A stretch of 64,000 bases of DNA, taken from contig OZ037768.1 in NCBI GenBank assembly GCA_964035545.1, positions 15,013,675 through 15,077,674 on the forward strand. The letters are read 5' to 3'. The notes beneath the pieces are model-generated. The model had not been told where the DNA came from. It was given only the letters and a program-made list of their open reading frames with translations, and searched no databases. The position numbers and the translations under genes were made by a program. Numbering within the stretch: the stretch's first letter is position 1; every line of letters starts with the position of its first letter. The DNA comes from Bugula neritina (Eukaryota; Animalia; Bryozoa). Positions 33,174-49,700 of the stretch are shown in pieces.

Positions 33174-36100
33174 ACTGCAACATACTGAAATACACTGTAA
33201 CATACTGCAATACACTGCAACATACTGAAATATACTGCATGATACTGCAACATACTGATACACATTGTAAGATACTGAAATGCACTGCAACATACTGAAA
33301 TATACTGCATGATACTGCAACATACTCATACACATTGTAAGATACTGAAATACACTGCAACATACCGCAACATACTGCAACGTATTGAAATACACTGTAA
33401 CATATTGAAAAACACTGCAACACATTGAAATATACTGCAACATACTGAAACATACGGCAACATACTGAAATGTACTGCGACACATTGAAATATAGTGCAA
33501 CATACTGAAATATGCTGTAGCATACTGAAATACACTGCAATACACTGAAGTATACTGTAATATACAGAAACGTACTGTAACATACTGAAACATACGGCAA
33601 CATACTACAATATACTGTGACACATTGAAGTATACTGCAACATACTGAAATACACCGTAACATACTGAAATACACTGCAACATACTGAAATACACTGAAA
33701 CATACTGAAATACACTGCAACACACTGAAATATACTGAAACATACCGAAATATATGGTAACCTACTGAAGTATGTTGCAAACTACTGAAATATACTGCAA
33801 CATACTGAAATACGCCGTAACATACTGAAATACACTGCAACATACTGAAATACACTGTAACAAATTGAAATACACTGTAACACACTGAAATATACTGAAT
33901 CATACCGAAATATAAGGTAACCTACTGAAATATGTTGCAAACCACTGAAACATACTGCATGATCCTGCAACAAAATGAAATAAACGGTAACACTGAAGCA
34001 TACTGCAATATACTGAAATATACTGTAACATACTAAGACATACTGCAACATACCTTATATATGGTAACCTACTGAAATATGTTGCAAACGACTGAAATAT
34101 ACTGCCACATACTGCAACATATTGAAGTATACTGCAACATACTGAAATATACTGCAAGATACTGCAACATACTGAAATACACTGTAACATACTGAAATAC
34201 ACTGCAACATACTGAAATATACTGCAAGATACTGCAACATACTGAAACACATTGTAAGATACTGAAATACACTGCAACATACCGCAACATACTGCAACGT
34301 ATTGAAATACACTGTAACATATTGAAAAACACTGCAACACATTGAAATATACTGCAACATACTGAAACATACGGCAACATACTGAAATGTACTGCGACAC
34401 ATTGAAATATAGTGCAACATACTGAAATATGCTGTAGCATACTGAAATACACTGCAATACACTGAAGTATACTGTAATATACAGAATTTTACTGTAACTT
34501 ACTGAAACATACGGTAACATACTAAAATATACTGCGACACATTGAAATATACTGCAACATACTGAAATACACCGTAACATACTGAAATACACTGCAGCAT
34601 ACTGAAATACACTGTAACATATTGAAATACACTGCAACACACTGAAATATACTGAAACATACCGAAATATATGGTAACCTACTGAAATATGTTGCAAACC
34701 ACTGAAACATACTGCATCATCCTGCAACAAAATGAAATATACGGTAACACTGAAGCATACTGCAATATACTGAAATATACTGTAACATACTAAGACATAC
34801 TGCAACATACCGAAAAATATGGTAACCTAATGAAATATGTTACAAACTACTGAAACATACTGCACAATACTGCAACATAATGAAATATACTGCAACATAA
34901 TGAAATATACTGCAACATACTGAAAGATACTGCAAGTTACTGCAAAATACTGAAATACATTGTAGGATACCTAAATACACTGCAACATACTGCAACATAC
35001 TGCAACGTATTGAAATACACTGTAACATATTGAAAAACACTGCAACACATTGAAATATACTGCAACATACTAAAACATACGGCAACATACTGAAATGTAC
35101 TGCGACACATTGAAATATAGTGCAACATACTGAAATACACTGTAACATACTGCAATACACTGCAACATACTGAAATATACTGCATGATACTGCAACATAC
35201 TCATACACATTGTAAGATACTGAAATACACTGCAACATACCGCAACATACTGCAACGTATTGAAATACACTGTAACATATTGAAAAACACTGCAACACAT
35301 TGAAATATACTGCAACATACTGAAACATACGACAACATACTGAAATATACTGCGACACATTGAAATATAGTGCAACATACTGAAATATGCTGTAGCATAC
35401 TGAAATACACTGCAATACACTGAAGTATACTGTAATATACAGATTCGTACTGTAACATACTGAAACATACGGCAACATACTAAAATATACTACGACACAT
35501 TGAAAGATACTGCAACATACTGAAATACACCAAAACATACTAAACTCCCCTGCAACATTCTGAAATACACTGTAACACATTGAAATACACTGCAACACAG
35601 TGAATTACACTGAAATACATTGTAAGATACGGAAACACACTGCAACATACTGCAACATAATGAAATATATGGTAACCTACTGAAATATGTTGAAAACTAC
35701 TGAAATATACTGCAACATTATGCAACATAATGAAAGATACTGCAATATACTGAAATAAACTGCAAGATACTGCAACATACTGAAATACACTGTAACATAC
35801 TGAAATACACTGTAACATATTGAAATACGCTGCGACATACTGCAACATACTGAAAAACGCTGCAACATATTGAAATACACTGCAAGACATTGAAATATTC
35901 CGCAACATACCGAAATATATGGTAACCCAATGAGATATACTGTAACACGTTGAAGTACACTGCAACATACTGAAATACACCGTAACATACTGAAATACAC
36001 TGCAACATACTGAATTACACTGTCACATATTGAAATACACTGCAACATACTGAAATATACTGCAACATACTGAAATACACTGTAACATACTGCAATACAC

Positions 36101-39100
36101 TGCAACATACTGAAATATACTGCATGATACTGCAACATACTCATACACATTGTAAGATACTGAAATACACTGCAACATACCGCAACATACTGCAACGTAT
36201 TGAAATACACTGTAACATATTGAAAAACACTGCAACACATTGAAATATACTGCAACATACTGAAACATACGGCAACATACTGAAATGTACTGCGACACAT
36301 TGAAATATAGTGCAACATACTGAAATATGCTGTAGCATACTGAAATACACTGCAATACACTGAAGTATACTGTAATATACAGAAACGTACTGTAACATAC
36401 TGAAACATACGGCAACATACTACAATATACTGTGACACATTGAAGTATACTGCAACATACTGAAATACACCGTAACATACTGAAATACACTGCAACATAC
36501 TGAATTACACTGTCACATATTGAAATACACTGCAACACACTGAAATATACTGAAACATACCGAAATATATGGTAACCTACTGAAATATGTTGCAAACCAC
36601 TAAAACATACTCCATCATCCTGCAACAAAATGAAGTTTACGGTAACACTGAAGCATACTGCAATATACTGAAATATACTGTAACATACTAAGACATACTG
36701 CAACATACCGAAAAATATGGTAACCTACTGAAATATGTTACAAACTACTGAAACATACTGCAACATACTGCAACATAATGAAATATACTGCAACATACTG
36801 CAAGATACTGCAAAATACTGAAATACATTGTAAGATACCTAAATACACTGCAACATACTGCAACATACTGCAACATATTGAAATACACTGTAACATATTG
36901 AAAAACGCTGCAACACATTGAAATATACCGCAACATACCGAAGTATATGGTAGCCTACTGAAATATACTGCGACATACTGAAATACACTGTAACGTACTG
37001 AAATACACTGCAACATAATGAAATACACTGTAACATATTAAAATACACTGCAACACACTGAAATATACTGAAACCTACTGAAGTATATGGTAACCCACTG
37101 AAATCTGTTGCAAACCACTGAAACATACTGCAACACACTGCAACATAATGAAATATACTGCAACATAATGAAATATACTGCAACATACTGAAAGATACTG
37201 CAAGTTACTGCAAAATACTGAAATACATTGTAAGATACCTAAATACACTGCAACATACTGCAACATACTGCAACATATTGAAATACACTGTAACATATTG
37301 AAAAACACTGCAACACATTGAAATATACTGCAACATACTAAAACATACGGCAACATCCTGAAATACACTGTAACACATTGAAATACACTGCAACACAGTG
37401 AATTACACTGAAATACATTGTAAGATACGGAAACACACTGCAACATACTGCAACATAATGAAATATATGGTAACCTACTGAAATATGTTGAAAACTACTG
37501 AAATATACTGCAACATTATGCAACATAATGAAAGATACTGCAATATACTGAAATAAACTGCAAGATACTGCAACATACTGAAATACACTGTAACATACTA
37601 AAATACACTGTAACATATTGAAATACACTGCGACATACTGCAACATACTGAAAAACGCTGTAATATATTGAAATACACTGCAAGACATTGAAATATTCCG
37701 CAACATACCGAAATTTATGGTAACCTAATGAGATATACTGTAACACGTTGAAGTACACTGCAACATACTGAAATACACTGCAACACACTAAATTATACTG
37801 TAATTTACAGAAATGTACTGCAACATACTGGAATATACTGCAAGATACTGCAACATACTGAAATACACCGTAACATACTGAAATACACTGCAACATACTG
37901 AAATACACTGTAACATATTGAAATACACTGCAACACACTGAAATATACTGAAACATACCGAAATATATGGTAACATACTGAAATATGTTGCAAACCACTG
38001 AAACATACTGCATCATCCTGCAACAAAATGAAATATACGGTAACACTGAAGCATACTGCAATATACTGAAATATACTGTAACATACTAAGACATGCTGCA
38101 ACATACCGAAAAATATAGTAACCTACTGAAATATGTTACAAACTACTGAAACATACTGCAACATACTGCAACATAATGAAATATACTGCAACATAATGAA
38201 ATATACTGCAACATACTGAAAGATACTGCAAGTTACTGCAAAATACTGAAATACATTGTAAGATACCTAAATACACTGCAACATACTGCAACATACTGCA
38301 ACGTATTGAAATACAATGTAACATATTGAAAAACACTGCAACACATTGAAATATACTGCAACATACTAAAACATACGGCAACATACTGAAATATACTGCG
38401 ACACATTGAAATATAGTGCAACATACTGAAATATGCTGTAGCATACTGAAATACACTGCAATACACTGAAGTATACTGTAATATACAGAAACGTACTGTA
38501 ACATACTGAAACATACGGCAACATACTAAAATATACTGCGACACATTGAAACATACTGCAACATACTGAAATACACCAAAACATACTAAACTCCCCTGCA
38601 ACATTCTGAAATACACTGTAACACATTGAAATACACTGCAACACAGTGAATTACACTGAAATACATTGTAAGATACGGAAACACGCTGCAACATACTGCA
38701 ACATAATGAAATATATGGTAACCTACTGAAATATGTTGAAAACTACTGAAATATACTGCAACATTATGCAACATAATGAAAGATACTGCAATATACTGAA
38801 ATAAACTGCAAGATACTGCAACATACTGAAATACACTGTAACATACTGAAATACACTCTAACATATTGAAATACACTGCGACATACTGCAACATACTGAA
38901 AAACGCTGTAACATATTGAAATACACTGCAAGACATTGAAATATTCCGCAACATACCGAAATATATGGTAACCTAATGAGATATACTGTAACACGTTGAA
39001 GTACACTGCAACATACTGAAATACACCGTAACATACTGAAATACACTGCAACATACTGAATTACACTGTCACATATTGAAATACACTGCAACATACTGAA

Positions 39101-42100
39101 ATATACTGCAACATACTGAATTACACTGTAACATACTGCAATACACTGCAACATACTGAAATATACTGCATGATACTGCAACATACTCATACACATTGTA
39201 AGATACTGAAATACACTGCAACATACCGCAACATACTGCAACGTATTGAAATACACTGTAACATATTGAAAAACACTGCAACACATTGAAATATACTGCA
39301 ACATACTGAAACATACGGCAACATACTGAAATGTACTGCGACACATTGAAATATAGTGCAACATACTGAAATATGCTGTAGCATACTGAAATACACTGCA
39401 ATACACTGAAGTATACTGTAATATACAGAAACGTACTGTAACATACTGAAACATACGGCAACATACTACAATATACTGTGACACATTGAAGTATACTGCA
39501 ACATACTGAAATACACCGTAACATACTGAAATACACTGCAACATACTGAATTACACTGTCACATATTGAAATACACTGCAACACACTGAAATATACTGAA
39601 ACATACCGAAATATATGGTAACCTACTGAAATATGTTGCAAACCACTAAAACATACTGCAATATCCTGCAACAAAATGAAATTTACGGTAACACTGAAGC
39701 ATACTGCAATATACTGAAATATACTGTAACATACTAAGACATACTGCAACATACCGAAAAATATGGTAACCTACTGAAATATGTTACAAACTACTGAAAC
39801 ATACTGCAACATACTGCAACATAATGAAATATACTGCAACATACTGCAAGATACTGCAAAATACTGAAATACATTGTAAGATACCTAAATACACTGCAAC
39901 ATACTGCAACATACTGCAACATATTGAAATACACTGTAACATATTGAAAAGCACTGCAACACATTGAAATATACCGCAACATACCGAAGTATATGGTAGC
40001 CTACTGAAATATACTGCGACATACTGAAATACACTGTAACGTACTGAAATACACTGCAACATACTGAAATACACTGTAACATACTGCAATACACTGCAAC
40101 ATACTGAAATATACTGCATGATACTGCAACATACTGATACACATTGTAAGATACTGAAATGCACTGCAACATACTGAAATATACTGCATGATACTGCAAC
40201 ATACTCATACACATTGTAAGATACTGAAATACACTGCAACATACCGCAACATACTGCAACGTATTGAAATACACTGTAACATATTGAAAAACACTGCAAC
40301 ACATTGAAATATACTGCAACATACTGAAACATACGGCAACATACTGAAATGTACTGCGACACATTGAAATATAGTGCAACATACTGAAATATGCTGTAGC
40401 ATACTGAAATACACTGCAATACACTGAAGTATACTGTAATATACAGAAACGTACTGTAACATACTGAAACATACGGCAACATACTACAATATACTGTGAC
40501 ACATTGAAGTATACTGCAACATACTGAAATACACCGTAACATACTGAAATACACTGCAACATACTGAAATACACTGAAACATACTGAAATACACTGCAAC
40601 ACACTGGAATATACTGAAACATACCGAAATATATGGTAACCTACTGAAGTATGTTGCAAACTACTGAAATATACTGCAACATACTGAAATACGCCGTAAC
40701 ATACTGAAATACACTGCAACATACTGAAATACACTGTAACAAATTGAAATACACTGTAACACACTGAAATATACTGAATCATACCGAAATATAAGGTAAC
40801 CTACTGAAATATGTTGCAAACCACTGAAACATACTGCATGATCCTGCAACAAAATGAAATAAACGGTAACACTGAAGCATACTGCAATATACTGAAATAT
40901 ACTGTAACATACTAAGACATACTGCAACATACCTTATATATGGTAACCTACTGAAATATGTTGCAAACGACTGAAATATACTGCCACATACTGCAACATA
41001 TTGAAGTATACTGCAACATACTGAAATATACTGCAAGATACTGCAACATACTGAAATACACTGTAACATACTGAAATACACTGCAACATACTGAAATATA
41101 CTGCAAGATACTGCAACATACTGAAACACATTGTAAGATACTGAAATACACTGCAACATACCGCAACATACTGCAACGTATTGAAATACACTGTAACATA
41201 TTGAAAAACACTGCAACACATTGAAATATACTGCAACATACTGAAACATACGGCAACATACTGAAATGTACTGCGACACATTGAAATATAGTGCAACATA
41301 CTGAAATATGCTGTAGCATACTGAAATACACTGCAATACACTGAAGTATACTGTAATATACAGAATTTTACTGTAACTTACTGAAACATACGGTAACATA
41401 CTAAAATATACTGCGACACATTGAAATATACTGCAACATACTGAAATACACCGTAACATACTGAAATACACTGCAGCATACTGAAATACACTGTAACATA
41501 TTGAAATACACTGCAACACACTGAAATATACTGAAACATACCGAAATATATGGTAACCTACTGAAATATGTTGCAAACCACTGAAACATACTGCATCATC
41601 CTGCAACAAAATGAAATATACGGTAACACTGAAGCATACTGCAATATACTGAAATATACTGTAACATACTAAGACATACTGCAACATACCGAAAAATATG
41701 GTAACCTAATGAAATATGTTACAAACTACTGAAACATACTGCACAATACTGCAACATAATGAAATATACTGCAACATAATGAAATATACTGCAACATACT
41801 GAAAGATACTGCAAGTTACTGCAAAATACTGAAATACATTGTAGGATACCTAAATACACTGCAACATACTGCAACATACTGCAACGTATTGAAATACACT
41901 GTAACATATTGAAAAACACTGCAACACATTGAAATATACTGCAACATACTAAAACATACGGCAACATACTGAAATATACTGCGACACATTGAAATATAGT
42001 GCAACATACTGAAATATGCTGTAGCATACTGAAATACACTGCAATACACTGAAGTATACTGTAATATACAGAAACGTACTGTAACATACTGAAACATACG

Positions 42101-45100
42101 GCAACATACTAAAATATACTGCGACACATTGAAACATACTGCAACATACTGAAATACACCAAAACATACTAAACTCTCCTGCAACATTCTGAAATACACT
42201 GTAACACATTGAAATACACCTCAACACAGTGAATTACACTGAAATACATTGTAAGATACGGAAACACACTGCAACATACTGCAACATAATGAAATATATG
42301 GTAACCTACTGAAATATGTTGAAAACTACTGAAATATACTGCAACATTATGCAACATAATGAAAGATACTGCAATATACTGAAATAAACTGCAAGATACT
42401 GCAACATACTGAAATACACTGTAACATACTGAAATACACTGTAACATATTGAAATACGCTGCGACATACTGCAACATACTGAAAAACGCTGCAACATATT
42501 GAAATACACTGCAAGACATTGAAATATTCCGCAACATACCGAAATATATGGTAACCTAATGAGATATACTGTAACACGTTGAAGTACACTGCAACATACT
42601 GAAATACACCGTAACATACTGAAATACACTGCAACATACTGAATTACACTGTCACATATTGAAATACACTGCAACATACTGAAATATACTGCAACATACT
42701 GAAATACACTGTAACATACTGCAATACACTGCAACATACTGAAATATACTGCATGATACTGCAACATACTCATACACATTGTAAGATACTGAAATACACT
42801 GCAACATACCGCAACATACTGCAACGTATTGAAATACACTGTAACATATTGAAAAACACTGCAACACATTGAAATATACTGCAACATACTGAAACATACG
42901 GCAACATACTGAAATGTACTGCGACACATTGAAATATAGTGCAACATACTGAAATATGCTGTAGCATACTGAAATACACTGCAATACACTGAAGTTTACT
43001 GTAATATACAGAAACGTACTGTAACATACTGAAACATACGGCAACATACTACAATATACTGTGACACATTGAAGTATACTGCAACATACTGAAATACACC
43101 GTAACATACTGAAATACACTGCAACATACTGAATTACACTGTCACATATTGAAATACACTACAACACACTGAAATATACTGAAACATACCGAAATATATG
43201 GTAACCTACTGAAATATGTTGCAAACCACTAAAACATACTCCATCATCCTGCAACAAAATGAAGTTTACGGTAACACTGAAGCATACTGCAATATACTGA
43301 AATATACTGTAACATACTAAGACATACTGCAACATACCGAAAAATATGGTAACCTACTGAAATATGTTACAAACTACTGAAACATACTGCAACATACTGC
43401 AACATAATGAAATATACTGCAACATACTGCAAGATACTGCAAAATACTGAAATACATTGTAAGATACCTAAATACACTGCAACATACTGCAACATACTGC
43501 AACATATTGAAATACACTGTAACATATTGAAAAACGCTGCAACACATTGAAATATACCGCAACATACCGAAGTATATGGTAGCCTACTGAAATATACTGC
43601 GACATACTGAAATACACTGTAACGTACTGAAATACACTGCAACATATTGAAATACACTGTAACATATTAAAATACACTGCAACACACTGAAATATACTGA
43701 AACCTACTGAAGTATATGGTAACCCACTGAAATCTGTTGCAAACCACTGAAACATACTGCAACACACTGCAACATAATGAAATATACTGCAACATAATGA
43801 AATATACTGCAACATACTGAAAGATACTGCAAGTTACTGCAAAATACTGAAATACATTGTAAGATACCTAAATACACTGCAACATACTGCAACATACTGC
43901 AACATATTGAAATACACTGTAACATATTGAAAAACACTGCAACACATTGAAATATACTGCAACATACTAAAACATACGGCAACATCCTGAAATACACTGT
44001 AACACATTGAAATACACTGCAACACAGTGAATTACACTGAAATACATTGTAAGATACGGAAACACACTGCAACATACTGCAACATAATGAAATATATGGT
44101 AACCTACTGAAATATGTTGAAAACTACTGAAATATACTGCAACATTATGCAACATAATGAAAGATACTGCAATATACTGAAATAAACTGCAAGATACTGC
44201 AACATACTGAAATACACTGTAACATACTAAAATACACTGTAACATATTGAAATACACTGCGACATACTGCAACATACTGAAAAACGCTGTAATATATTGA
44301 AATACACTGCAAGACATTGAAATATTCCGCAACATACCGAAATTTATGGTAACCTAATGAGATATACTGTAACACGTTGAAGTACACTGCAACATACTGA
44401 AATACACTGCAACACACTAAATTATACTGTAATTTACAGAAATGTACTGCAACATACTGGAATATACTGCAAGATACTGCAACATACTGAAATACACCGT
44501 AACATACTGAAATACACTGCAACATACTGAAATACACTGTAACATATTGAAATACACTGCAACACACTGAAATATACTGAAACATACCGAAATATATGGT
44601 AACATACTGAAATATGTTGCAAACCACTGAAACATACTGCATCATCCTGCAACAAAATGAAATATACGGTAACACTGAAGCATACTGCAATATACTGAAA
44701 TATACTGTAACATACTAAGACATGCTGCAACATACCGAAAAATATAGTAACCTACTGAAATATGTTACAAACTACTGAAACATACTGCAACATACTGCAA
44801 CATAATGAAATATACTGCAACATAATGAAATATACTGCAACATACTGAAAGATACTGCAAGTTACTGCAAAATACTGAAATACATTGTAAGATACCTAAA
44901 TACACTGCAACATACTGCAACATACTGCAACGTATTGAAATACACTGTAACATATTAAAAAACACTGCAACACATTGAAATATACTGCAACATACTAAAA
45001 CATACGGCAACATACTGAAATATACTGCGACACATTGAAATATAGTGCAACATACTGAAATATGCTGTAGCATACTGAAATACACTGCAATACACTGAAG

Positions 45101-46712
45101 TATACTGTAATATACAGAAACGTACTGTAACATACTGAAACATACGGCAACATACTAAAATATACTGCGACACATTGAAACATACTGCAACATACTGAAA
45201 TACACCAAAACATACTAAACTCCCCTGCAACATTCTGAAATACACTGTAACACATTGAAATACACTGCAACACAGTGAATTACACTGAAATACATTGTAA
45301 GATACGGAAACACACTGCAACATACTGCAACATAATGAAATATATGGTAACCTACTGAAATATGTTGAAAACTACTGAAATATACTGCAACATTATGCAA
45401 CATAATGAAAGATACTGCAATATACTGAAATAAACTGCAAGATACTGCAACATACTGAAATACACTGTAACATACTGAAATACACTCTAACATATTGAAA
45501 TACACTGCGACATACTGCAACATACTGAAAAACGCTGTAACATATTGAAATACACTGCAAGACATTGAAATATTCCGCAACATACCGAAATATATGGTAA
45601 CCTAATGAGATATACTGTAACACGTTGAAGTACACTGCAACATACTGAAATACACCGTAACATACTGAAATACACTGCAACATACTGAATTACACTGTCA
45701 CATATTGAAATACACTGCAACATACTGAAATATACTGCAACATACTGAATTACACTGTAACATACTGCAATACACTGCAACATACTGAAATATACTGCAT
45801 GATACTGCAACATACTCATACACATTGTAAGATACTGAAATACACTGCAACATACCGCAACATACTGCAACGTATTGAAATACACTGTAACATATTGAAA
45901 AACACTGCAACACATTGAAATATACTGCAACATACTGAAACATACGGCAACATACTGAAATGTACTGCGACACATTGAAATATAGTGCAACATACTGAAA
46001 TATGCTGTAGCATACTGAAATACACTGCAATACACTGAAGTATACTGTAATATACAGAAACGTACTGTAACATACTGAAACATACGGCAACATACTACAA
46101 TATACTGTGACACATTGAAGTATACTGCAACATACTGAAATACACCGTAACATACTGAAATACACTGCAACATACTGAATTACACTGTCACATATTGAAA
46201 TACACTGCAACACACTGAAATATACTGAAACATACCGAAATATATGGTAACCTACTGAAATATGTTGCAAACCACTAAAACATACTGCATCATCCTGCAA
46301 CAAATTGAAATTTACGGTAACACTGAAGCATACTGCAATATACTAAAATATACTGTAACATACTAAGACATACTGCAACATACCGAAAAATATGGTAACC
46401 TACTGAAATATGTTACAAACTACTGAAACATACTGCAACATACTGCAACATAATGAAATATACTGCAACATACTGCAAGATACTGCAAAATACTGAAATA
46501 CATTGTAAGATACCTAAATACACTGCAACATACTGCAACATACTGCAACATATTGAAATACACTGTAACATATTGAAAAGCACTGCAACACATTGAAATA
46601 TACCGCAACATACCGAAGTATATGGTAGCCTACTGAAATATACTGCGACATACTGAAATACACTGTAACGTACTGAAATACACTGCAACATACTGAAATA
46701 CACTGTAACATA
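33174..46712. repeat. Higher-order tandem duplication, copies of ~6879 and ~6629 bp
   Basis: ORF twins are offset by 6879 (33900/40779, 34840/41719), then by 6629 (35718/42347, 36738/43367, 38136/44765, 39791/46420). Shared private variants include ACCTTATATATGG, TGCACAATAC and TCCATCATCC. Confidence 0.93.
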
Positions 46713-49700
46713 TTAAAATACACTGCAACACACTGAAATATACTGAAACATACTGAAGTATATGATAACCCACTGAAATCTGTTGCAAACCACTGAAACA
46801 TACTGCAACACACTGCAACATAATGAAATATACTGCAACATAATGAAATATACTGCAACATACTGAAAGATACTGCAAGTTACTGCAAAATACTGAAATA
46901 CATTGTAAGATACCTAAATACACTGCAACATACTGCAACATACTGCAACGTATTGAAATACACTGTAACATATTGAAGAACACTGCAACACGTTGAAATA
47001 TACTGTAACATACTAAAACATACGGCAACATTCTGAAATACACTGTAACACATTGAAATACACTGCAACACAGTGAATTACACTGAAATACATTGTAAGA
47101 TACGGAAACACACTGCAACATACTGCAACATAATGAAATATATGGTAACCTACTGAAATATGTTGAAAACTACTGAAATATACTGCAACATTATGCAACA
47201 TAATGAAAGATAATGCAATATACTGAAATAAACTGCAAGATACTGCAACATACTGAAATACACTGTAACATACTGAAATACACTGTAACATATTGAAATA
47301 CACTGCGACATACTGCAACATACTGAAAAACGCTGTAACATATTGAAATACACTGCAACACATTGAAATATTCCGCAACATACCGAAATATATGGTGACC
47401 TAATGAGATATACTGTAACACGTTGAAGTACACTGCAATATACTGAAATACACTGCAACATACTGAAATACACTGTAACATATTGAAATACACTGCAACA
47501 CACTGAAATATACTGAAACATACCGAAATATATGGTAACCCACTGAAATATGTTGCAAACCACTGAAACATACTTCATCATCCTGCAACAAAATGAAATA
47601 TACGGTACACTGAAGCATACTGCAATATACTGAAATATACTGTAACATACTAAGACATACTGCAACATACCGAAAAATATGGTAACCTGCTGAAATATGT
47701 TACAAACTACTGAAACATACTGCAACATACTGCAACATAATGAAATATACTGCAACATACTGCAAGATACTGCAAAATACTGAAATACATTGTAAGATAC
47801 CTAAATACACTGCAACATACTGCAACATACTGCAACATATTGAAATACACTGTAACATATTGAAAAACACTGCAACACATTGAAATATACCGCAACATAC
47901 CGAAGTATATGGTAGCCTACTGAAATATACTGCGACATACTGAAATACACTGTAACGTACTGAAATACACTGCAACATACTGAAATACACTGTAACATAT
48001 TAAAATACACTGCAACACACTGAAATATACTGAAACATACTGAAGTATATGATAACCCACTGAAATCTGTTGCAAACCACTGAAACATACTGCAACACAC
48101 TGCAACATAATGAAATATACTGCAACATAATGAAATATACTGCAACATACTGAAAGATACTGCAAGTTACTGCAAAATACTGAAATACATTGTAAGATAC
48201 CTAAATACACTGCAACATACTGCAACATACTGCAACGTATTGAAATACACTGTAACATATTGAAGAACACTGCAACACGTTGAAATATACTGTAACATAC
48301 TAAAACATACGGCAACATTCTGAAATACACTGTAACACATTGAAATACACTGCAACACAGTGAATTACACTGAAATACATTGTAAGATACGGAAACACAC
48401 TGCAACATACTGCAACATAATGAAATATATGGTAACCTACTGAAATATGTTGAAAACTACTGAAATATACTGCAACATTATGCAACATAATGAAAGATAC
48501 TGCAATATACTGAAATGAACTGCAAGATACTGCAACATACTGAAATACACTGTAACACACTGAAATACACTGTAACATATTGAAATACACTGCGACATAC
48601 TGCAACATACTGAAAAACGCTGTAACATATTGAAATACACTGCAACACATTGAAATATTCCGCAACATACCGAAATATATGGTAACCTAATGAGATATAC
48701 TGTAACACGTTGAAGTACACTGCAATATACTGAAATACACTGCAACATACTGAAATACACTGTAACATATTGAAATACACTGCAACACACTGAAATATAC
48801 TGAAACATACCGAAATATATGGTAACCTACTGAAATATGTTGCAAACCACTGAAACATACTTCATCATCCTGCAACAAAATGAAATATACGGTACACTGA
48901 AGCATACTGCAATATACTGAAATATACTGTAACATACTAAGACATACTGCAACATACCAAAAAATATGGTAACCTACTGAAATATGTTACAAACTACTGA
49001 AACATACTGCAACATACTGCAACATAATGAAATATACTGCAACATACTGAAAGATACTGCAACTTACTGAAATACACTATAGAATACCCAAATATACTGC
49101 AACATACTGAAATATACTGCAAGATACTGCAAAATACTGAAATACATTGTAAGATACCTAAATACACTGCAACATACTGCAACATACTGCAACACATTGA
49201 AATACACTGTAACATATTGAAAAACACTGCAACACATTGAAATATACCGCAACATACCGAAGTATATGGTAGCCTACTGAAATATACTGCGACATACTGA
49301 AATACACTGTAACGTACTGAAATACACTGCAACATACTGAAATACACTGTAACATATTAAAATACACTGCAACATAATGGAATATAAGGTAACCTACTGA
49401 AATATGTTGAAAACTACTGAAATATACTGCAACATAATGCAACATAATGAAAGATACTGCAACATACTGAAATAAACTGCAAGATACTGCAACATACTGA
49501 AATACACTGCAACACACTGAAGTATACTGTAATATACAGAAATGTACTGTAAAATACTGAAATATACTTCAACATACTGAAAAATACCTAAAAATATTGA
49601 ACATACTGATATACACTGAAACATACTGAAATACAATGCAACACATTGGAATATACTGCAACATACCGAAATATATGGTAACCTACTGAAGTATATTGCA

